From Polyangiaceae bacterium (GTDB lineage: Bacteria > Myxococcota_A > Polyangia > Polyangiales > Polyangiaceae), in contig JBGANF010000065.1 of the NCBI GenBank assembly GCA_044222475.1, positions 1 through 41,832 on the forward strand: 41,832 nucleotides of DNA, read 5' to 3'. Below the pieces are notes generated by a model. That model ran no database searches and was not told the origin of the DNA. It worked only from the letters and a program-made list of their open reading frames with translations. The position numbers and the translations under genes were made by a program. Shown one piece after another: positions 34,588 to 41,832 of the stretch (position 1 is its first letter; the number at the start of each line of letters is the position of its first letter).

Positions 34588-35562
34588 TCAGCCGCTCCGA
34601 GCCTTTCGTCCCACCAGGAACCGCCGTCCCTTCGCGAGTCGGTCGAGCTCGGCTTGCATCGCCGTCTCGACCTCGCGGTAACAGCGCTCGAGGATCCGCG
34701 GATCGTCCGCTGCTTCCGGGCCGAGCTCGGGCCAGCGGATCGGCTTCCCGAACGCTTGGGTCACCTGGGTCGGCAGAGGAAGATACGGGAGAAAGCCCGA
34801 CGTGAGTCCCCACGGGAACGAGAGGACGATCGGGAACACGTCGGCGCGGGCCCACGCGTGCGCGTGGAGCAACTTGGCGAGCCGGTCGCCGCGAGTGAGC
34901 ACGATGAGCTGCTCGTGCGTCCCGAGCGTCACGACGGGGACGATCGGCACGCGAGCGCGGAGCGCGAGCTTCAGGAACCCCATGCGGCGCGCGAGCACGA
35001 CTTTGTGCCGATCGCGAAACGGCCGAAACACGTCGTAGTCGGAGCCCGGGTAGACGAGCACGCAGTGCCCCGCGTCGAGCGCGTGGCGTGCGCTGTCGTG
35101 GCTCGCGCGGAGCATCCCGAGGCGCGATGCATACGCGTGGAGGAGTGCGTCCTCGAAGACGAAGTCGTGCACGAGCGCGTAGACGGCGCGGTCTCTCCCG
35201 AAGTGCTCGTGGAACGCGAGCGCGGTGAAGAACCCTTCGGTCGGGACGAGGCCGCCGGAGTGGTTCCCGACGAGGAGCACGGGACCGGTCGCCGGAACGT
35301 TCGCGACGCCCTCGGTCTCGAGCCGAAACCAGGTCTTCGCGAGGAGGTGGAACCCCTCGAGGAAGAGATCGACGAGCTCCGGATCGCGCGCGGCGACATC
35401 GTCGGACACGAGCTTGCGCTCGTGGTGGGTCGCGCGACGGCGCGCGAAATCGAGGAAGCGCACCGCGAGCCGCGCGGGGTTGAGGAGGACCGCGCGATCT
35501 TCCTTCGGGACGAGGCGCCGCGCGCGCCTCACCCAAGACCTCAACTCACCGAGGGGGAGCAT
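34588..35562 (-). CDS. Lysophospholipid/glycerol acyltransferase family protein
   Basis: LLVGNHSGG, LVYPG, GF.KLALR..VPIVPV, YLPLP, FGKPI. Confidence 0.88.
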   Translation of the reverse strand: MLPLGELRSWVRRARRLVPKEDRAVLLNPARLAVRFLDFARRRATHHERKLVSDDVAARDPELVDLFLEGFHLLAKTWFRLETEGVANVPATGPVLLVGNHSGGLVPTEGFFTALAFHEHFGRDRAVYALVHDFVFEDALLHAYASRLGMLRASHDSARHALDAGHCVLVYPGSDYDVFRPFRDRHKVVLARRMGFLKLALRARVPIVPVVTLGTHEQLIVLTRGDRLAKLLHAHAWARADVFPIVLSFPWGLTSGFLPYLPLPTQVTQAFGKPIRWPELGPEAADDPRILERCYREVETAMQAELDRLAKGRRFLVGRKARSG

Positions 35563-36505
35563 CGAGAGGTGCGTGCTTCGCGATGATGACGCGGTCGCGG
35601 CCGTCCCGCTTGGCCTGATAGAGGGCGCGGTCGGCCGCCTCGACGAGCGCTTGGTCGCTGTCGATCGCTTTGTCTTCGGTGGACGAGATGCCGATCGACA
35701 ACGACACCTTCCGCGCTTCGCCGGTCCACCGATCGCGCTCCTTGATGACCTCGGTGCGAGCGCGCTCGGCGACGACCACCGCGCGCTCGGCGGACGTGTG
35801 AGGGAGGAGGATGACGAACTCGTCGCCGCCGTAGCGGGCGCACACGTCGACCTCGCGGATGCCGTGGGCGAGGATCGCCGCGATGTCGCGCAGGGTGACG
35901 TCGCCCGCTTGGTGGCCGTCGCTGTCGTTCACCATCTTGAAGCGGTCGATGTCGATCAGGAGCATCGAGAGCGCGTGACCGTAGCGGCGCGCGGTGGCCC
36001 ACTCGCGGTGGAGGACGTCGCCGAATCGCCGGCGGTTGTACACGCCGGTCAGCGCGTCGGTCATGGCGAGCTGCTCGGTCTTGGTGAGCAGCCCTTCGAG
36101 CTCCGCGTTGCGCTGGCGCAGCTCGAGGCGGGCGTTGCGGCTGCGGAGCGCGGCGAACATCCGGGCCTCGAGCTCTTCGGCGTCGTAGGGCTTCGGCACG
36201 TAGTCGTCGGCGCCGACGTGGAGACCTTCGACGCGCTCTTTCACCTCGGCCTTGACGGTGAGCATGATGACGACGATGTCGCGCGTGGCCTCGCCGAGCC
36301 GAAGCCAGCGGCACACGCTGTAGCCGTCCATGCCGTCGAGCATGACGTCGAGGATGACGACGTCGGGTCGGTCGGTCTTGATCGCCTTCAGTGCGTCGAG
36401 GCCCCCGCCGACGGCGTGCACCTCGTATCCACGCCCCTCGAGCATGGCGACGAGCGAGTCACGCTGGGACTTGGAGTCCTCGACGACCAACACCTTCGCC
36501 TTCAT
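35546..36505 (-). CDS. Response-regulator diguanylate cyclase (REC-GGDEF, WspR-like)
   Basis: VLVVED, phosphoacceptor ILD, DYVPKP; TDALTG..NRR, DIDRFK.VND..GH..GD, I-site REVD, GGDEF, ALYQAK..GR. Confidence 0.93.
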   Translation of the reverse strand: MKAKVLVVEDSKSQRDSLVAMLEGRGYEVHAVGGGLDALKAIKTDRPDVVILDVMLDGMDGYSVCRWLRLGEATRDIVVIMLTVKAEVKERVEGLHVGADDYVPKPYDAEELEARMFAALRSRNARLELRQRNAELEGLLTKTEQLAMTDALTGVYNRRRFGDVLHREWATARRYGHALSMLLIDIDRFKMVNDSDGHQAGDVTLRDIAAILAHGIREVDVCARYGGDEFVILLPHTSAERAVVVAERARTEVIKERDRWTGEARKVSLSIGISSTEDKAIDSDQALVEAADRALYQAKRDGRDRVIIAKHAPLDAPPR

Positions 36506-36541
36506 GGAAGTCCAGTAGACCACAGCGCACCGCGGGGCGCT

Positions 36542-38173
36542 CTACTTCGCTGCCATCCGCAGCACGTCTCCCGGATGCCGACGCAGGGAGCGCGCGGCGG
36601 GCGGATCGGCCTTGGAGAGCCGGAACGCGAACACCTCGACCGAGGCCTTCGGCGGGGTCATGATCGCGCGAAAGCGTTCGCGAAGGCCGCCGAGCTCGGC
36701 GATCTCGCTCTCGCTGAGACCCTGGCGATCCGTCGCCGTCACCGAGTCGAGCCGGGCCAAGAGAAACACGAGCGTGGTCATCGGTTGGATGGCCCACCCG
36801 CGTGCGTTGGCGTCGAGCCACACGCGCTGCATCGCCGAGCCTCCTTTGAAATACGCCGCGCGGACGGAGCGCGCGTCGCGGCCGGCGAGCGGAGCATTCC
36901 CTAGGCCGACGGTGACGAGACCGAACGCCGACGCCGCACCGAGCGCGCGCCGCGACGGCTGCGCCAGCCCGTCGCCCGCGGCTCCGAGCATCTCGACGAC
37001 GGATCGATTGCGGAGGAGCTTCATCGCCTCGGTGTCGGCGGCGTCGAGCTCGAGCGTGGCGACGTCGAGCCCGTCGCGGGTCTGGCGCGCTTCGTCCGAG
37101 GTCCACCGCAGCTCGGCCATCATCTCGCGGTGCATGATCGGCGAGACGAAGCGGAGCTTCTCGGCGCGCCCGAGGATGTCGCCGAGCTCGGCGAGCTCTC
37201 GATCGCCGGTCACGAGCTGGAGCTTGGCCCCAGCGCCGTCGGCCATGCGAACGAGCGATGCGGCCACGTCTTCGGGGAGCGGCGCGCGCGGCCCGAGCTT
37301 CCGGTTCGTCGCGCGAAGCTCGATCTGCGCGGCGAGCCGTCCGGTCTGCACGTTGGGTGGAGGCGCGGGCCCGCCGACGATGGCGTCACAGATGACCGAC
37401 GGATCGTCGCGCCGCGGAAACGCCTCCACGCGGAGCGCGATGCGCTGGGCGGCGGCGCTCAGTCGAACGTTCTCGGCGAGGGCGCCGAACGCGACGAGGG
37501 TCGCGCGATCCTCGAAGTCGAGGAAGCTCGCGGAGCGCTTGCGATCGTGGATGCAGTGGAGCACGCCGCTCGCGTACGAGAACGTCCACGGCTGCGCGTT
37601 GCCGCACGACGGCGCGAGCGACGCGTGGCGCACGAGCGTCTCGACGATCGACGGCGCGGCCGACACCGGCGCGAACGAGATAGGCGCATCATCGTCCCTA
37701 ATTGGGACATCGTCGACGGCTTCGCGCTTCAGCCGCTCCTCGATGTCGCCGAGGGACACGGCGAGGCGGGCCGACATGCTCTCGGCGCCGAGCAGCGCGA
37801 CGAGGATGGGTACCTTCTCGTAGGCGCCGATGCCGTCGACGCCGGCGGCCACCCCTCGCGCTCTCGCCTCGCGGCGGAGCATCGCCTTGACGCGAAGGTC
37901 GTCGCACTCCTCGAACAGCAGATCGAGGTCGAGGAAGAAGGCGTCCATCGTGTCGGCGCCGATCCCCTGGGAAAACAGCTCGATCTGCGCGCTCGGGCGG
38001 GCGTCGCGGATCTCCTGCGCGACCTGCTCGGCGTTCGCGAAGCTGCGCTCGTCGAGGTCGGCGAGGCGGAACGTGCCGCCGATGCCTTCGCGCGCGAGGG
38101 TGAGCGCCGCCGACTTCCCCTTGGCGAGCCCGACGATCCCGATGCGGAGCGTGGCGAGGTCCTTCTCCGTCAA
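36542..38173 (-). CDS. Rv1355c/MoeY-like fusion: truncated ThiF-like domain + nitroreductase domain
   Basis: The TTG start overlaps the upstream TGA. ThiF-like: IGIVGL..G, LAREG, RLAD, EECD...K...R..AR. Nitroreductase: APSCGNAQPW, R.TNR, GG.AMQRVWL.A...G...QP. Confidence 0.8.
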   Translation of the reverse strand: MTEKDLATLRIGIVGLAKGKSAALTLAREGIGGTFRLADLDERSFANAEQVAQEIRDARPSAQIELFSQGIGADTMDAFFLDLDLLFEECDDLRVKAMLRREARARGVAAGVDGIGAYEKVPILVALLGAESMSARLAVSLGDIEERLKREAVDDVPIRDDDAPISFAPVSAAPSIVETLVRHASLAPSCGNAQPWTFSYASGVLHCIHDRKRSASFLDFEDRATLVAFGALAENVRLSAAAQRIALRVEAFPRRDDPSVICDAIVGGPAPPPNVQTGRLAAQIELRATNRKLGPRAPLPEDVAASLVRMADGAGAKLQLVTGDRELAELGDILGRAEKLRFVSPIMHREMMAELRWTSDEARQTRDGLDVATLELDAADTEAMKLLRNRSVVEMLGAAGDGLAQPSRRALGAASAFGLVTVGLGNAPLAGRDARSVRAAYFKGGSAMQRVWLDANARGWAIQPMTTLVFLLARLDSVTATDRQGLSESEIAELGGLRERFRAIMTPPKASVEVFAFRLSKADPPAARSLRRHPGDVLRMAAK

Positions 38174-39204
38174 GCGCGCAAGCCCTCCCGAATGATCCGC
38201 TCGGTCACGGCGCGGCCGACGACCCGCGCGACGGCACGGCCGAACGGCGCGCGGCGCTCGACGCGGTCTTGCCACTTCGCCGCGCTCGCGAAGCCCGAGA
38301 ACCCGCCGGACCACGCGCTCGATCGGTGCAGCTGGAGCGCGTCGCCGAGGCGATCGCCGACGAGCCTTCGGCTCACCGCGTGGAGCGCGTCGGCCGGGAG
38401 GTAGAACGGCGGGCGCCCCGCCATCGAGTCGAGGAGGGTGTGCGCGAGCAAGCGGCTGTCGTCGTCGGGGGTGAACTGCCGGCGCGCCATCGCGTCGTAC
38501 AGCGCGCACTCTTCCTCGACGTCGCGCGCGACGAGCGCCTCGTCGACGCCCATGACGTGCCCGATCCATCGCCACGTGTGGAGCACCGCGGCGCGCTCGC
38601 GCTCGGTGATGCGCGCGCCGAGCCGCTCGAGGCCGCGCACGAACACGTGGCTGAACATGAGGAGCGTGCTCGCGTAGTCCTCTTGGTTGATCGGGTGACC
38701 CCAGCGCATGTCCCAGCCGTCGCGAGCGAGGATCTGCCCGCGGATGAACGCGTGCAGGAGTCGAATCTCGATCACGTTGCGGTGCGCGTCGCTGCCGGGC
38801 GGTGCGCCGCGGTCGAGCGCGATGTCGAAGACGAAGCGCGCGGTCTCGAAGAGGCGCCGCTCGGGGGCTTTGCGCAGGCGGCCCGATCGAACGAGGACCT
38901 TCGCGGCGTTCGCGTTCGCGAACGACTCGACGAGGCTCGCCGCCAGGAGCGAGAGGCCCGCGCTGATCGAGCGCTCCATGGCGCGGTGGTACCCGGGCTC
39001 CATCGCCGCGAAGTCGACCCACGCCGGGACCGAGCGCGCGTGGGCGAGGAGCTCCTTCGAGGCGGCGCCTCCCTTGGCCGCGCTCGCCTCGACGGCGCGG
39101 ACCAGGCCGCCGGGCATGACGCCCGGGATCTCGGCGATGGCCGCGTCCCCGAGCTCGTCGGAGCGGAGGCGAAAGGGCTCGAGGTCCGCGTCGGTGAACG
39201 CCAT
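38170..39204 (-). CDS. MpaB/Lcp (DUF2236) family heme oxygenase
   Basis: D.LGD, VPAWVD, RLFETARF, IRLLHAFIR (heme His), WGHPINQED, WRWIGHVMGV. Confidence 0.88.
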   Translation of the reverse strand: MAFTDADLEPFRLRSDELGDAAIAEIPGVMPGGLVRAVEASAAKGGAASKELLAHARSVPAWVDFAAMEPGYHRAMERSISAGLSLLAASLVESFANANAAKVLVRSGRLRKAPERRLFETARFVFDIALDRGAPPGSDAHRNVIEIRLLHAFIRGQILARDGWDMRWGHPINQEDYASTLLMFSHVFVRGLERLGARITERERAAVLHTWRWIGHVMGVDEALVARDVEEECALYDAMARRQFTPDDDSRLLAHTLLDSMAGRPPFYLPADALHAVSRRLVGDRLGDALQLHRSSAWSGGFSGFASAAKWQDRVERRAPFGRAVARVVGRAVTERIIREGLRA

Positions 39205-39298
39205 CGCGATCGAATGATACCGCACTGGCCCGTTCGGCCAGCACTTTGGCCGCCTGCGTCAACGACGAAATCCGGGCGCCATGAGAGTGGAGAACCCG

Positions 39299-40690
39299 AT
39301 GAAAAAGCGGATTCTGCCGTGGGTCGCGCTCGCCCTGCTCACCCTTGGCGCCGGTTGCTCCGGCCCGGCCGCGGACGACCAGGACACGTCCGAGGCGCCG
39401 CTCACCCCGTCGCCGCCGTTCGCCGGGGACACCGCGAACAACGCGCCGTTCGCGGTCGACGTGTCGATCTGGGAGGGCACGCTCGCGCAGAGCGAGATGG
39501 ACTGCTTCTGGACCTCGGGCGTTCGCCACGTCGTCGTCGGGACGCAGGTCGAGCAGGTCGCGCGGCAGCAGCTCGCGATGTCGGTCGCGCGCGGGATGAC
39601 CGTCGACGCGTACGTGTACCTCTACTGGGACCGCGACGTGGGCGCGCAGGTCGAAGAGGCGTTCAAGCGCGTGTCGGGCTTTCCGATCGGGCGCATGTGG
39701 CTCGACGTCGAGCAGGCGCCGGGCAGCCTTGGTTCGAACTCGCTCATCGCGGCCGTGCAGCGCGGATTGGACGCGTGCGGCAACCACGTGGGCGTCGGCT
39801 GCGGCATCTACACCGGGCCCGGCTTCTGGAAGACGTACATGAGCGACACGAAGTCGTTCGCGAACGTCCCACTTTGGTACGCCCAGTACAACTACCGGAC
39901 GTCGCTGTCGGATTGGAGCAAGGAACACTTCGGCGGCTGGGCGAAGCCGGTCGCGAAGCAGTTCGCCGAGCAGCCGCTGTGCGGCGTGGGCGTCGACAAG
40001 GACGTGATGCAGGTGACGGGTCAGCCGGCGGTCGCGGTGGATCGGACGCTCCCGCCCGACACGATGAAGCCGCCGCCCGCGCCGGGCGGTTTGTACCCCG
40101 TCGACGGGACGGTGGTCGTCGTCGGCGATCTCAAGATCATGTCGGCGACGATCCCGCGCGCGACCTCGTATCAGCTCGCGGTGGAGCGGTGGACGGGCTC
40201 GGCGTTCGTCACCTACTACACGTGGACGAACGCGAACGCGTTCCAGAAGCTCTCGCTGGCGACGAACGCGATCTACCGCTTTCGCGCGCGCGCGGCGAAC
40301 ACGCACGGGTGGGGCGCGTGGTCTTCGTGGTCGACGTTCGACTACGGGACGTACTCGGGGCCGCGACCGAGCTCGAGCCCGAACCCGCCTCCGAACCCGA
40401 ACCCGCCGCCGGCGGGAGTGCCGGGCTCGCTCGCGCCGGACGGCACGACGCTGGCGACGACGAGCGTGACGCTGACGTTCTCGGCGGTGCCGTCGGCGAC
40501 GACGTACGAGATCGCGATCGAGTACGGCGGCGGAAGCTCGTTCCAGCCGTACGTGACGTACTCGGGCGCGGCGACGTCGCGCACGTTCTACCCGGCGATT
40601 CACGGCACGACGTACCGCTGGAAGGTGCGCGCGAAGGTGGGCACCGCGTTCGGCGATTGGTCGGCGCCGGCGACGTTCCAGTACAAATAG
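39299..40690 (+). CDS. GH25 lysozyme lipoprotein with two C-terminal Fn3-like domains
   Basis: GGAG SD; GAGC lipobox; AVDVS, DAYVY, WLDVE, GIYT...W, LWYAQY, FGGW..P..KQF, CGVGVD; Fn3-like Y.FR.RA...GWG.WS modules. Confidence 0.85.
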   Translation: MKKRILPWVALALLTLGAGCSGPAADDQDTSEAPLTPSPPFAGDTANNAPFAVDVSIWEGTLAQSEMDCFWTSGVRHVVVGTQVEQVARQQLAMSVARGMTVDAYVYLYWDRDVGAQVEEAFKRVSGFPIGRMWLDVEQAPGSLGSNSLIAAVQRGLDACGNHVGVGCGIYTGPGFWKTYMSDTKSFANVPLWYAQYNYRTSLSDWSKEHFGGWAKPVAKQFAEQPLCGVGVDKDVMQVTGQPAVAVDRTLPPDTMKPPPAPGGLYPVDGTVVVVGDLKIMSATIPRATSYQLAVERWTGSAFVTYYTWTNANAFQKLSLATNAIYRFRARAANTHGWGAWSSWSTFDYGTYSGPRPSSSPNPPPNPNPPPAGVPGSLAPDGTTLATTSVTLTFSAVPSATTYEIAIEYGGGSSFQPYVTYSGAATSRTFYPAIHGTTYRWKVRAKVGTAFGDWSAPATFQYK

Positions 40691-40723
40691 CGAGCGCGCT
40701 CCCTTACGATCGGTGGGACGGCC

Positions 40724-41749
40724 ATGTCGGCTTCGGTCCCTACCATCGCGAGCGGTGCGTTGCGAAAGGTGCTCGCGTCGTTCGCGGCGCTGGGCGTCGA
40801 CGCGAACGAGGTGTGCGCGGAGCTCGGCCTCGATCGGTCGGCGGTGGACGACGCGGACGCGCGGTTTCCGATCGCGACGCTGCACGCGACGTGGGAGGCG
40901 CTGCTTCGTCGCAAGCCGCGCCCGGGGAGCTCGGTGATCGTCGCGCAGGAGTACGCGCCGGGCGACTACGGGTTGGTCGGCTTCGTGGCGATGAACTGCG
41001 ACACGCTGGGCGAGGGGCTCGCGCACGTGGTGCGGTACGTGGGGCTGTGGACCGACGATCCGGAGATGCGGCTCGAAGAGGGAGGGACGCTGCGGGTGAT
41101 CTACCGGACGCCGTTCGCCGATGGCGTGGGTCTGCGCACGGCGACCGAAGCGGCGCCGGCGGAGCTGCTGCATGGGGCGAGGTCGTTGACGCAGGCGCCG
41201 ATCGTCCCGGTGGAAGTGCGTTTCACGCACGGCGCGCCGGACGACGTGTCGGTGCACGAGAAGTTTTTCCAGTGCCCGGTGCGGTTCGGGCAGCGAGACA
41301 CGGCGATGGTGTTTCGTCCCGAAGATCTGGCGCTGAAGCTGCCGAAGGCGGATGCGCAGCTGGGGGCGTTTCTTCGGACGATGGCGAACGATGCGTTGGA
41401 GCGGAAGGTGGGGGCGGCGCCGACGGAGCTCGATCAGGTGAAGCGCATGATCGCGGAGGAGCTGCAGCGAGGGGTGCCGACGCTGGATCGGGTGGCGAAG
41501 CGACTGGCGACGAGCGAGAGGACGTTGAGGCGTCGGCTCGAGCAGAGCGGGACGTCGTTTCGCAACGTACTGGATGACACCCGAGCGGAGCTGGCGAGGA
41601 GCTACGTGAAGGACAAGAAGCTGCCCCTCACCGAGGTGGCGTTTCTCCTCGGCTTCTCCGAGCCGAGCGCCTTTCACCGGGCGTTCAAGCGCTGGACGGA
41701 CACGACGCCGAGCGCGTGGCGGAAGTCGCCGCCGGTACGGAAGGGCTGA
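40724..41749 (+). CDS. AraC-family transcriptional regulator (Arabinose_bd_2 + HTH)
   Basis: YGLVGF, P.EV.F.H, FF.CPVRFG, VAKRLATSERTLRRRL..GTSF, EVAFLLGFSEPSAFHRAFKRWT..TP. Confidence 0.93.
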   Translation: MSASVPTIASGALRKVLASFAALGVDANEVCAELGLDRSAVDDADARFPIATLHATWEALLRRKPRPGSSVIVAQEYAPGDYGLVGFVAMNCDTLGEGLAHVVRYVGLWTDDPEMRLEEGGTLRVIYRTPFADGVGLRTATEAAPAELLHGARSLTQAPIVPVEVRFTHGAPDDVSVHEKFFQCPVRFGQRDTAMVFRPEDLALKLPKADAQLGAFLRTMANDALERKVGAAPTELDQVKRMIAEELQRGVPTLDRVAKRLATSERTLRRRLEQSGTSFRNVLDDTRAELARSYVKDKKLPLTEVAFLLGFSEPSAFHRAFKRWTDTTPSAWRKSPPVRKG

Positions 41750-41832
41750 GGCCCCTTCACGGAATTGTTAGCCGGCTGACGCTTCGCGAGATCCTCCCGG
41801 GGACCGGCGCGAAAGACGGGGGCAGAGGAGAG

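Noticed and set aside
36542..41677. 1711-aa minus-strand ORF and other very long Arg/Ala/Pro-rich ORFs (e.g. 38269-41577, 32215-34548, 8711-10909)
   Set aside because: These are shadow frames typical of high-GC DNA and overlap genes with clear family motifs. Only 36542-38173 of the 1711-aa ORF is a real gene.
41750..41832. Possible riboswitch or terminator after araC (GC-rich stems, GAAA loop)
   Set aside because: It does not match a riboswitch consensus I can recognise, has no U-tract, and is truncated by the window end.

Overview
High-GC (roughly 70% by eye) chromosomal segment, most likely from a myxobacterium (Myxococcota, Polyangiaceae/Labilithrix-like). This is inferred from a MYXO-CTERM-like tail, four Hanks-type Ser/Thr kinases, Cys-rich 'NCGxCG' lipoproteins, a DUF1592/DUF1552 pair and a myxobacterial-type PilZ protein. 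About 36 densely packed, often translationally coupled genes are present, including rnj, a CHAD protein, an ArsA-family ATPase, nrtR, a degenerate pncB homolog, Fe/Mn SOD, GH35, amgK-like kinase, rsmG, REC-GGDEF, an MpaB/Lcp-type oxygenase, a GH25 lysozyme and an AraC regulator. No tRNA, rRNA, CRISPR array or transposase was seen. Most interesting: (1) an orphan gene whose C-terminus matches the T3SS needle subunit (SctF/PrgI) signature in exact register; (2) an oxygenase / vestigial-ThiF-nitroreductase / diguanylate cyclase / acyltransferase cluster; (3) an ArsA(D->N)-NrtR-'dead' PncB cluster containing two apparent pseudoenzymes; (4) two copies of a ~200-bp four-hairpin REP/REPIN-like element with an identical 15-bp core; (5) a protist/nematode-type GH25 lysozyme lipoprotein; (6) recurrent -10 boxes 6-10 nt upstream of start codons, suggesting leaderless transcription; (7) a kinase-ATPase-TPR gene broken by a short frameshifting deletion. 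All family calls come from motif recognition by eye, not from database searches.
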